Shown piece by piece: positions 52,613-64,000 of a stretch of 64,000 bases of DNA. The notes below the pieces were generated by a model. That model worked only from the letters and a program-made list of their open reading frames with translations. It was not told the origin of the DNA and searched no databases. The stretch spans positions 7,440,001-7,504,000 of the forward strand of contig NC_045138.2 of NCBI RefSeq assembly GCF_008831285.2, given 5' to 3'. Numbering within the stretch: the first letter of the stretch is position 1; every line of letters starts with the position of its first letter. This DNA is from Nymphaea colorata (lineage: Eukaryota). The position numbers and the translations under genes are program-made.

Positions 52613-53182
52613 TCACTGGTGCACGACAACCACATCGTACTGCACGGTGGCATCGCCGGTGTTCATGTCGAGCCAGTGCGTCCTGAGCAGGGCAAAGCCC
52701 CGGGCCATCCGGAAGTCGCCGCTGCCGCCGACGACCGGCATCTCCCTCACTTTGTGAAGCGCCGAGTTCCGGCCAATGATGCTGAGGGTGCTGCCGTTGT
52801 ACCTCCCCTCCGTGAACACCAGGTTCATGCTCATCAGCAGCCCCAGGTCCTGCTGCGACGCCGACGCGTAGATCCCCTGGCACCTCCCCACTTGCTTGGA
52901 CGTCAGCTCCGGCCCCTCGGTCAGCGGGTTGTCGATCATCTGAACAGAGCCGAATCCGGTGGTGGAATTGACGGAGGGGCCCGGCACGATGGTGATGCTG
53001 GTGGGGTTCTTGCCGCTCACAACGTCGTGCCAGTAGAAGCGGAGGCGGGTTACCTTCTCCTTGCCCAGCGGCCTTAGTATTGGTTGGCTGGGATCGTTGG
53101 CACTGGCGGCATTAATGGTGGTGGTGATGAAGAGGAAGAGCGTGAAGAAGACTAGGGATTTAGGAAGAAGACCGCTGTCCAT
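52613..53182 (-). CDS. DIR: Dirigent protein, 189 aa, signal peptide, DIR-b/d-like, intronless (copy 3)
   Basis: MDSGLLPKSLVFFTLFLFITT signal; same five dirigent motifs as copy 2; NAS/NST/NGS sequons. Confidence 0.96.
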   Translation of the reverse strand: MDSGLLPKSLVFFTLFLFITTTINAASANDPSQPILRPLGKEKVTRLRFYWHDVVSGKNPTSITIVPGPSVNSTTGFGSVQMIDNPLTEGPELTSKQVGRCQGIYASASQQDLGLLMSMNLVFTEGRYNGSTLSIIGRNSALHKVREMPVVGGSGDFRMARGFALLRTHWLDMNTGDATVQYDVVVVHQ

Positions 53183-53275
53183 GGTGTGATGCTCGAGGGG
53201 GGCGAGGAGAGGAGAGGTGAGGAATTGTAGCTGCCTTGAGAGAGAATGGGTGTCTGGTGTGTCTTCCATGTTGGC

Positions 53276-53284
53276 TTTTTATAG
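53276..53284 (-). promoter_or_regulatory. TATA box of DIR copy 3
   Basis: CTATAAAAA about 95 bp upstream of the ATG. Confidence 0.7.
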
Positions 53285-55289
53285 AAAGATTTTAGAGAGA
53301 GAGAGAAAGAGAAGGAGGTGGGTTGCTGTTCTAGAAGGTTTGGCTTTTCAATTTTCTGATTGTGGAACATTTGCAGCAGAAAGACTGACTTTGGTATATT
53401 CACGTAGTGAATGTGACAGACATTTAAAACAAATCCGCCTTTCCTTTGGGGGTTTAATGGGAGTCATCGTGAAAAAATCACGACGATGGAGCGTTTTCGT
53501 TGTCAGTGGTCAACGTTTTGAAGCCACTGACTCTGTCGCGCATTAACAACGCGTCTCAGGTTCGAAACCTTTAAGCATAATACTCTTATCAGCGTTGAGA
53601 GCTAATGGCTGAGGTCATGCATGCCAGATGGCTGGGCTCCATTCCAAAGCATGTTTTTTTGGTTCCTTCCAAGCCTAAGTGCGTCATTATATAAAACATT
53701 CATGAACTGATGCGATCATATGCGTCACCTCTTCTTCACTTTACCGTTCACATTTTATGGTATTATCTACCAATTAGTCAAATATTTTATAAAATATGTT
53801 GACTATAAGAAAGGTGGATTGGGTTTGATTACCACCCAAATGAAGTGGTTGGAGCAGGTTTAGTGGGAGTAGGCGTTTTTCTTAGACCAAATTCAAATCC
53901 GATTAAGACAAGATCTGATATTTATATATAACAAGGCCGGAACTTTTTCTACCTAGAATCAGACTCAATTATGAACTTACATGCCCAAATCTAAATGCGA
54001 TTAATAAATATTGGTACATAACCTGTTCAAACTTTGGCGAGAACCAGTCTTCACCGAATCCAAATAATTACGATATTCTATATTTTTGAATCGAGACCTT
54101 TTCTTTAGACCAAAATTCGGATCTGATTAACATGAGATATTAATGATTATATATTAATGTTTATATATAGTAACAAGGATGGATCGTTATCGGATCTCAG
54201 CCTGAATACCGGACCTTTGTCGAATCAGATTCCAGGTGAGTCGGAGAGGCCCACCTGGGGCTTAAGAACGAAACCCTCACTCAATGCCTCATCCTCTTAA
54301 GATACAAGGTCTACTTTGGGTGCTTTGGGTTGCAGCTCCTACTGCGCTTCAACTTACGTGTTGGATATTAGAGAGTTACTATTTTCGAAATTCAAAACGC
54401 AATGTGATTGACTACCTATCCCGGCCTAGGCCGTTGCACCAACCTCATCAAGCACTTGGTCGAATCAGATTCAATTTTAAACTTAGATACCAAATCTAAA
54501 CATGACTAATAAATGATTGAAATTTCTTTGCGGACTTCAGATAAACAGGCTAGAAAATGAGACTGATCGTAACCTGATATATGATCCATGCATTAAATTA
54601 CAACAGACGGACTAAGCTGCCTCGTTTCGGTAGAACACCCAATTTTGTTGAATTCAGGCGGACTTGGCCAAAATCGGGCAATTCGAATTGAGCTTGTCGA
54701 ATACAACCCTAATTAAACATGGGCTAGCTTTACAGTTTTGGCATTTCATTTTTTTAAGAAAAATTCTATTAGCTCTAGCAGTAATATTAATATCTCCCTG
54801 TATCGGAGGATAAGCCGATACGTATCATATTAATTATTTTTAATTCTTTAAAATCAGTTCAAAAAATTTTAAATTACTTTTTTAGTAATTGAAGGATAAA
54901 AGACAAGGCGACTATATGACTGGCACGTTGTGTTCATCACCATTGTTAGAGAAAGAGAGAGAGAGAGTGAGAAATTATTTTGAAGCCGAGTTTAGGAAGT
55001 CGAATCCAATAGGGTTATTGTTATTATTTTTTAGACAGTGACAGAAAAACAGACTGCAAGGTATTCTTAGATGGAACATCTCCTCTTTCACCTCAAACTG
55101 TTTGACTAAGGCCCATTTTTTTGGGGAGAACGACAGAAAGATATTGTGAACCACTTCTCTCACAGATCTCGAAAGAGTTAAGGGAGATATATTAAATGAT
55201 TTTAACATAAAAATAAAAGAAAATTGAGAAGCTAGTGTAGGCAACTGCCCACACCAACCTATACGTGCTCTGCTACCACTGCTTCTCCA

Positions 55290-55609
55290 TAAGCTTGGGC
55301 ATCAGGCTGGCCTGACATCCGAAACACGAGCTCAACTTGAGCTCGACATTTAAAACCCAAGCCCAAGCTTGGCCCAATTAAAATTTAAATATATATTTAG
55401 TAGTATAAAAAAACAATTAATCATAATAAAATATTATAATTATATATAAAAATCAATAAAATTAATATTAAAAAAAATCTTATCAAGCTAATCAGGCTTA
55501 GTCGGGCTCACCCAGGCTGGCCCGAGAACTTATTGGGTCAGCTCGGTGCCTTTTTTTTGGGCTTGAGTGGGCGCAAAGTACCACGTACCCGACCTGATGC
55601 CCAAGCTTA
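55290..55609. mobile_element. hAT-type MITE
   Basis: TIRs TAAGCTTGGGCATCAGG / CCTGATGCCCAAGCTTA; degenerate 8-bp TSD CTTCTCCA / CGTCTCTA. Confidence 0.82.
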
Positions 55610-55619
55610 CGTCTCTAGT

Positions 55620-56300
55620 TTATATCTCAGACGGTGGAGCACTGAATTTCAATGTTGTCTATTCCACCCAACATTCTTGAATCTATTGAAAGTTCTATGG
55701 CCAAATTCTTAAAGAATGACAGGCACACAAGAAGCTCCACTACATTGCCTTAAAACAACTATATGAACCTTATAGAGAAGGGATGATTGATATCAAGTCC
55801 TCATCTGACATGTATAGAATTGCAATGGTTGAACTCTTGATTTTCGTCACTAATTTGGTAGGTCCCTGGGTAAATATTTTTAGTAACAAATATCTTTAAA
55901 GATGCAAGCATTTAGACTTGTAAGAGTAAAACCGATCATTCTTGGTTGTGGAAAGGCATGGTGAATGAAACGACGGTCTGAAATGAAGACTTTTCCAGAA
56001 ATCAGATTTGGTCTAGATAGGCTAGCCTGGAATGGTAAGATCACTTCCAATATGTTGAAAAAAGTATATTTGGGAAGCATTTCCTGCGACTTCTCCTCGC
56101 CCAAAATGGTGTGAATGTATTTGGTCTAACTCATGTTACCCCAGAAGCAAGTGGGCACTCACTGCTGAGAATCGTTTACCAACATAGAATAGATTAAATT
56201 AAAAGGATGGGATTCCATCTGCATGTGCTTTACGTTGTAACGATGAAGAGGCCTTGCGCCACTTGTTGGATGTAAGGTAACAGCTAAGGTTTGGAGGTTC
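55620..56300 (+). mobile_element. LINE ORF2 3' remnant (post-RT/zf-RVT region)
   Basis: LKSIESSMAKFL, NRLPT*NRL, C...EEALRHLL motifs scattered across frames. Confidence 0.55.
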
Positions 56301-56642
56301 ATAGTAAGGGTTACACCTCATTTGACTGGAGTGCAAGAATCATGGGCGGAAGTTTAAAGTTTCCAAAATTTGGTGGGGACCAAAATATTATTTTTTTTAA
56401 ATTTTTGTATATAGGACAAGTAAAATTTTTTAAAATTTACATATATTTTTCTAATTTTTTTTTTGAGGGGGTTGCCCCTGGCAAGAACAATACTATGCCA
56501 AAAACGAAAATCCTCATGCAATGTGTTGAAAGAATGGAAAACTCATGTGCGCATGTCGGAATGTACTCCAACAATGTGAAGTGGAAAACAACCGCTTGCT
56601 CCCCCAAAAATATCCTTGAGAGATCTCTAGAGGGCAGACATC

Positions 56643-56956
56643 TAAGGGTGGGGATCGGGCCGGGCCGGCTTGGCCTGGTAAAGGCCGGCCCGATCCGGCC
56701 CGTTGGGCAGGGCAGCCTGGCCTGGGCCCGGCCCGATAGCCCGGGTCTCGGCCCGGGCCCGGCCCGTTTAAAAATTAAAAAAAAAATTAATCATAAAATG
56801 ATTTTTTAAAATATAAAATATGTTGAATAATAATAAATATATATTATTAAAACAAAAAAATTTAAAAATATATATTTTTTAAACTTAAACGGGCCGAACC
56901 GGGCTTGGCCGGCCCAACCCGGGCCCGACGGCGGCCCGACCCTATGCCTACCCTTA
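56643..56956. mobile_element. hAT-type MITE
   Basis: TIRs TAAGGGTGGG / CCTACCCTTA; perfect 8-bp TSD CAGACATC (56635-56642, 56957-56964); GGCCC-rich arms around an AT core. Confidence 0.9.
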
Positions 56957-57439
56957 CAGACATCAAATTCTTATTTGTTTTTCCGTGAAATCAAATTGTT
57001 ATTTGTTTTCCTATGATTTTTAATGTGGCTTGAAAGCCCCTTTCCTTCCTCTTATCCTTGGGATCGAGAACTACGTGAGAACTTAAGTAAACTTATGGAT
57101 GCTTCCTTTGAAAGTAGTGCTTATTATTGTTTGCCGCCCAAAAAATAATACTCATAAACAAGCTCTCGGTAACCTGCTAGTTTGACAAGCTACCCTATGC
57201 ATGTTTATGATGGGGATGGTTATGGTGGATGACAATATCTTGTTCAAGTTATTGGGAAACTTCTTGTTCCGATAATTAGAGACGTATGTTCACTCCTAAC
57301 CATTCCTTTCATCTTTTTTGCCGAGGCAGCTTATATTTTATTAACGAAGGTTTGGCAACCTATTTCCTTCCTACGCTTGGTTGGACCCCAACTACTTTGG
57401 AGAGACAAAATAGCGGAAGAAATTTAGAAAAAGGAGACC

Positions 57440-57561
57440 GCTGGGACGCGGCATCGACCAGGTGGGGCCGCACCAAAAAGTCCTCAACCGTGACCGTGAC
57501 CTTGACTTCATGTACCATCGGCTCATTTCAACCAGCTCTAATTTCAAGGTGCCAAAAGAAA
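57440..57561. promoter_or_regulatory. Conserved non-coding element upstream of all three DIR copies (also 8461-8560, 47583-47680)
   Basis: TGGGACGCG...AACCGTGAC(C/T)..ACTTCAT...CTCATTT shared; W-box TTGACT in copies 1 and 3. Confidence 0.6.
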
Positions 57562-59996
57562 TTTAGCTTAAAGGAATATGCACATTAGGTCACTTGATTG
57601 GCGTCACTTTGAGGTGTTGGAGAACCAACAAACTTGCACTAAGGGGGAGGTAGGCACGGGTATGTGCGGGCAATTGCCTACACAGGCTCACAAAAATTAA
57701 TTATTTTCATATTGATACATCAAAGCAATTTTCTTGGTTTGCTTGTTTCTGCTCCTTAAAAATGTAAAACTTAAGTACTGCGGCCGCCCAGCTAGAAATT
57801 TTTAGCTCTGCACTTGACCAACACTATGTTCCGAAGTTGGCTTTGCTTACCAATGTGTAATCCCTCAGTTAGACTTCACCCTTTAATTTTAGACCAGAGA
57901 TGTTGGATTGGAAGTTGAATATGAAAAACAACTTTAACATCCGATTACAAGAATGAATCTTGTTGGAATTTAAGTAATGGCACCTGCTGGACTGTTTTAA
58001 GGAAGTCTCATAGAAAGAAAAATATTTAGCATCCGACTGAGAAATTGGATTTGATTCCAATATAACAAATGACATGGAATCAAATTTAGATTTAAATAAA
58101 TATATTGGATTTGGATGTAGTTTTAAATACATATCCTATATGTGATATCTATATATATTTAGAAAAACAATTCTTACTGCAGATCAGAATGATTATTAAC
58201 TTAAAAATTGGACTAGGATCAAATTCAGATTGCAAATTTAAATTCAAATACGTGAATATATTAAAAAAAAAAAATTGGAGATGGTGTTTAAAGGGAGCAT
58301 CCATTTCGGATCTGATTCATGACATTCCTATTTTAGATGATACCAAGTTGGAAAAAGTCTCCAAAGTTAATTAACAGTTTGAGTCCACAAAATAATAGAT
58401 GTCCGATCAACGACGTTCACTCACAATGAAGTAACTTCAAGTTACGAATCTTTTTTGGGGAGGTTGAATATCCGACGCCTTCACATCATGACAAACTAAC
58501 TTATAAAGTATTTTGAATAAGAATAGACATATGCCGAACCACTTACATTATTGACCGAAGCCATGACACCTAATACATGTATAATATACTTTAAACATAA
58601 TCCCAACATCTTTATATGTTTTGCTTATGAATTATTTTAATACCAAATATGTTTTGGTTCAAGATGTTCAAAACTCTTGACTTTTCACTACCAAATTTTT
58701 GGCATTTTAAGAGCCAATCTTTTAAGTGCATGGTTCAAGAAACACACCTAATGTTTCTAACATAGAAAACTGCACAAGGGATGTGAGACTTACTTCCTAG
58801 ACATGCACATCCGTTGAAAAAATAATTGAACTTCGGCTGATTTTTTAATAACCAAAGCCCAACCCACTGCACCAATCCCTTTGAGTCTCTAAAAAGAGTT
58901 CATTTTTTAATAAAAATATAATTGAACATGCATGGTATCTTCTTTTGTGCATCTAACTTCACAGATATAATCTACTTGCGCATTTTTTGCCAGAAGCAAC
59001 CTTTTCATCATGTAATTTTAACATGAAAATGAGTGTTTTAATATGTTGACCCACAATCTGTTAATATTAATACTTGAAAGTTTTTGTCTTTTTATGTAAA
59101 TTGCGTGACTTAAAATTCATCGTTCTTACCTAACGTTCATTTAAATACGACGTCGATTGCGACAAAAACAACCTGCTGTTGATCTTGTCACGGGAGTGCA
59201 TGTATCCGTCCAAATATATTATATTATATTATATAAATATATAATATAATATAATATAATATATAATATTACATTATATGAGTGTGAGAGAAATAGAGAG
59301 CGGGGGAAACGGTGTGTGTGTGTGAGTTAGCCTGCAGCTATCCATCCATCTATCCTCCAACAAATTATGCACCTGTGTCAGAAGCCAAACGACATCTGCA
59401 CGGTTGGACAAATCTGCCAGCTCCACTACCAACGTTTATGATATAACAATAATTTATGTCATTTTTATCAATAGTTATCTGATATATTTAGCAACTGTTT
59501 TTCAATTTCAGTAACATCTGACAGTCTGGACACACATACATATTAGACTCAAACAATGAACTGCGGGGTCCGATGCAAATCTGCGGAGAGTTGGGTCTCC
59601 CCACCATCATATTGATGAAAGAATAAAAATGAAGGAATGAAGTACAAGCATAAACAAGAGGAAGACAGCCGCCAGCTCACAACATTAGCTACTAAGCTCC
59701 ACTAGATTGTCATGTTCAGCTATAAATGGGTTATTGATTAGGGCTCTTGCCATGACCAGTAACACATTTTGCTGTTGCCAAAAATATTATGTCCCAGTAA
59801 ATTGCTAAGTAACACTCTTGCTATAAGTATTATGCCCAAAAACCATTGGACAAGGGAAGAGAAGTTGCCAAAAAAAATTTCGGGCACGACTGCATATTTT
59901 TTGACAACAAGAACGGACGGTGCCCAAATTGGCAACAAAAGTAGCTATTGCAAAAAATACCTATATCTTAAACCAGCCAATAATGTGGCCCTAGGC

Positions 59997-59998
<2 letters not shown>

Positions 59999-60092
<94 letters not shown>
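59999..60092. repeat. (TA)n microsatellite
   Basis: About 47 TA units. Confidence 0.95.
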
Positions 60093-60095
<3 letters not shown>

Positions 60096-61513
60096 AATTT
60101 CATATAAATCTGACTCTTTCACAATTTAAAATTCAGTGAACAAAACTATCCAATATTATAATTTTACAAAATGTCTATACTCTATAAAACGAAAAACTTT
60201 TATACAATATCCAGCTTTCACAAAATGAAATTTTCATCTTATTGATCAAAATTAACAGCTGATGAACTGTTGTCAAAATCTCTTCATCGGCCTTCAAATT
60301 GGCATCGTGCACTTTCATGGCAACATTAAAGAAATACATCATGGCGGTCCATTATGAATGTAAATTTATAATGAGTAAAGATATTCAAACAAAAGTACGT
60401 TAGCTTCACTTACTCGTAGACCAAATCCAGTAGAACCGCAGGAAAGGGGTATCTAAACCATTGGCCAAAAACAAAAAAAGGAGGCCACTGGAAGGGCGTT
60501 CATGGTGCATACCTCTTTCCTTTATTTGTCTATTCTCTTCCATGCCAACTTTATTTCCTGCCAAATTGCCAATGCAACTACCATGTTTGGGTTCCCTGAC
60601 AAAACAAGCACCATTAATTCTTTTTAAGCCTGCATATACTGAATTTAATTTCAAACAAGGCAGTAACATGTTTATAACTTAGAGAAAATTGATTTCATTT
60701 CTTTGATTAGTTACCTTGTTGACGAAGTTCCTCCACCCGCTACTTAATTCAATCGAATGAATCTACAAAAAAGAAACAACAAAAATATCAAAAGCTGTGC
60801 AGAAATAGAGAAGGAATAAGCTCACATTTTGGTCTTCCACTGCTTTTCTTTAAGCAAGAGAGTGCAAAGTTTCTGCATTGAATCTCGTGGATCTATACAT
60901 CAATTTTGATTAGAAGTCAGAAAAAATTGCAGAACATGCAATTCAATTAGTAAAACAATAAAAAATCAAAAAGAAAAGAAAAAGAAAAGTTCAGCTTAGT
61001 AACCTAGCTAGTAGGCCATGCAATCCTCTACATCCACATTGCAACTAAACAACTCAATTATAAATGGTCTTGATAGCCTAGTAGATTCCATCATCAGTTC
61101 AGTAAAAAAGAGTTGTGCATACAAGAACATAAAGAAGCCTTGTGTCTTTCTCTTCTCTCCCAAAAAAGAAAGCGTTTTTTCTCATATTATGAGATGCACA
61201 TTATTTAGCAATGGGAGCTAATCAACGTTATAAAAATTTAAGAGCCCATATATGAGTTTTAGTTTTACATTTCTCAAAATTTACTCTGGGTATTCTCATT
61301 TCTTTTCTCTGCTGTTGCTGCTCATGCTGCCTTATGGGGCAAAAAAGTATCATCTACCTTCATCATGAAAACTAAATGCATCACTCGATTCAGCAACCAG
61401 CATGCAGCATTGCATAAAGAATTGCTATTTACAGCCATTGATACATGGACGAGTCGACATGCATATTGACAGAAAATTGTACAGGCACACATGGGACATG
61501 TTCTATATATGAC

Positions 61514-61823
61514 CACCACGACAAATGCCTCCAACCCCAATAGACGATATTCCTTGACTTTTAGATATGCAATCAGAGGCATAGTTTTTTCAAATTCTTT
61601 CTGTCGCAAGAAAATGAGATGAGGATTTAAGTAGGAATACATAATAAAAGATGTATAAAAATGAAAAGCCCGCAAAATGAAATTGCAAGAACTTACTGGA
61701 CCATGACTGTACAAAAATTCATGAATATAGCCCTTTTCCGAAGCATAAGAATCTCCATGGAAGCAGTCAGGAACCAACAGAAAAAAAAAAATTCACTTGC
61801 AGCAATTTTGTCAGCAAGGTTCC
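61514..61823 (-). pseudogene. Two exons of a dienelactone-hydrolase-family (endo-1,3;1,4-beta-D-glucanase-like) gene, frameshifted
   Basis: Exon 61823-61697 NLADKIAASEFF/LLVPDCFHGDSY..HGP|GTAAG; exon 61600-61514 KEFEKTMPLIAYLKVK/GISSIGVGGICRG|GT with a G-x-C-x-G motif. Confidence 0.75.
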
Positions 61824-63010
61824 CTTTCAGGATTGAACGGTATTAAGGCTTTAGTAGAAATGTTAATGTAAATGAATGCCAAAAGATTCTTTTGTAAGTA
61901 GCAGAAGCTAATAGCCAAAGAGGAAAGCAACTTTTGTTGGCAGGAAAATATGATGGCGCAGAAACTATGTTAAATATAAAACAGATGTTCTCTTTGTGTT
62001 GCTCCTATATATGTTCTCATAAATTCATTCATGCTGCCCTAAATCTCATAGTAAGGTAATTGCGCAAAATAAAGTTTGATCTTCAGTGTGACAGGTTCTA
62101 TAGGTGCGTAGTTCACGGTAAACTAATGGAGCAAAGTCATGGCTTCAGAATTGTCAAGTGATAAAATTCACATAAAACCAGTACCGACCAATTTGCAATA
62201 AAGGAATCTCACATGTAAAAGCTACAATTACAAATTCCCTACACTTGGGCAATTCCACGAGTCAATCCCATTAATCTCTCCATACCTAATCATGAAATCA
62301 GTCAAAAAAAAAAAATCAAACAACAACAACCAAGAACCAAACTAATCCGACATTGGCAATTGCAATGCCATCAATATAGGGGTGAACAATGAGCTGAGCA
62401 ACTCGAATTTGGCTAGTTAAAGCTGGCTTGAACTCGAGTTAGAACCAGCTTTTTTGCTTAACAAGCTGAGCTAGAGCTGATTGCTCAGGTTGTCTATATT
62501 GTTGAATCGAAACTAAACAAGCTGAGCTCGAGCTGACTACTTGTCTATGTTGTCAAATAGAGTTTCCAGTTCTTTCAACTCAACTCGTATAACTTGACTC
62601 GGCTCCAACAATGTCTTTTTATTCGTTCGATGTTATTTTTCAACCCATTTTCTCTCTCCTGCTTCAATTTCTCTTTTGAGGCCCCATTTCCTCCAACTAT
62701 TTTTCAACCCAGGTACCCCTCTCAATGCTTTCATCTCCCTCTACTTTCCTTTCCCTCTCCGTCTCAAGATCTTTCATTCTCTCAAATTAAAGAAAAAACC
62801 CTCTCAAGATCTAAAGCCCTCATTCAGTCGAGGGTTTCTGGGTTTTCAAAAACCCTCACTCAAGTGAGGCTTTCTGAAAGCCCTCGTTCCATGCTCCATG
62901 TACTCCGTCGGTCTTGATATATCAGTTGCATCTAACTACATTAGTAGTATAATCGGTGCATTTAAATTTGATTTTTGTTATGAAATATGACACCAAGTGA
63001 TAGTCCTAAC

Positions 63011-63379
63011 TGTAAGAAATCAAAATGAAGAAATAATTAAAGGGACAAAAATTTTTAAAGTGGTTCAGCCAATAGGCCTACATCCACTAGTCTATCATTT
63101 CTTGCTTGCCTTCCTTTGGTGGAGAGGCTCATTTATATAGAGGAGTTACATAAGGGGTCTCTAGTTCCCAAGAGACATGACTTTTCATCTTTCAACATAC
63201 ATGACTTTTCATCCTTCAAGAGACATGACTTTTCATCTCTCAAGAGACATGTCTTTTCATTTCCTAAGAGACATGACTTTTCATCTTCCAACAGACATGA
63301 CTTTTCATCTCTCAAGAGATATGACTTTTCATCTCCCAAGTAATACACATTGAGAGCCTTCTTGGTGTTTCTGTTAACA
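63011..63379 (-). mobile_element. 3' LTR of a second copia element
   Basis: Follows PPT TTGCGGGGGGA; begins TGTTAACAG and ends TTACA; CTATATAAAT at 63131-63140. Confidence 0.8.
63169..63340. repeat. 24-bp tandem repeat x7 in the copia LTR U3
   Basis: CAAGAGACATGACTTTTCATCTCT units at 63169, 63193, 63217, 63241, 63265, 63289, 63313. Confidence 0.95.
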
Positions 63380-64000
63380 TCCCCCCGCAAGCTCAATGCT
63401 CCAACAATGAGATTGAGCTTGTTAATTATTTGATAATGGTGCTGCTTACTAAGTGGCTTAGTTAAAATATCAGCAACCTGATCTTTGGAAGAGATGTACT
63501 GAATTTTCAAATCTCCTTCAGCCAATTTTTCTCGAACAAAATGAAGGTCAATCTCTATGTGTTTGCTGCGACTATGATACACAGGATGAGCTGCAAGATA
63601 GGCTGCGCCGATGTTGTCGCACCATAATATGGGAGGTTGTGATTGATGAACACAAAGTTCTTTTAATAAAAATTGTAACCACATGATTTCAGCAGTAGTA
63701 TTGGCAATGGATCGATACTCAGCCTCAGTGCTAGAACGAGAGACAACTGACTGCTTTTTAGCACTCCATGAAACTAGATTGGATCCAATAAACACTGCAT
63801 ATCCACCTGTAGAGCGTCTATCATCAAGACATCCTGCCCAATCTGCATCACTGTAAGCATTAATATTTAAAACTGAACTAGGTCTAATAACAAGACTATA
63901 ATCAATAGTGTGCTCAAATATCTTAGGATTCTCTTTACGGCATCCCAATGGGCATCAGTAGGATGATGCATGTATTGACAAACTTTGTTGACAGCATAAG
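63380..64000 (-). mobile_element. Ty1/copia RT end, RNase H and PPT; runs off the window end
   Basis: [11 protein letters not shown] (frameshift near 63913), [58 protein letters not shown]. Confidence 0.95.

Noticed and set aside
63169..63340. CRISPR-like appearance of the 24-bp, 44-bp and 51/60-bp arrays
   Set aside because: Head-to-tail units with no unique spacers, no cas genes, eukaryotic TE context.

Overview
Plant (angiosperm) nuclear DNA, AT-rich and mostly transposon-derived. The host genes are three tandem, intronless, GC-rich dirigent (DIR) genes on the minus strand: a frameshifted pseudogene at 6.2-6.8 kb and intact copies at 45.3-45.9 kb and 52.6-53.2 kb. Copies 1 and 2 lie in a duplicated block (about 3.0-9.55 kb vs 43.0-48.6 kb), now separated by about 33 kb of mostly nested, decayed elements: L1 and CACTA remnants, a complete hAT with TIRs and TSD, two oppositely oriented PIF/Harbinger copies, Tat/Ogre-like LTRs and a nested Gypsy LTR. 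That nest also holds a plastid atpB fragment and an alpha-dioxygenase fragment. Ty1/copia elements run off both window ends, and a dienelactone-hydrolase-like remnant lies near 61.5 kb. The best novelty candidate is a small decayed ORF directly downstream of, and co-oriented with, one Harbinger transposase; it resembles an RNase H1 N-terminal (viroplasmin/hybrid-binding) domain followed by a transmembrane tail. All calls are by-eye motif recognition; no searches were run.
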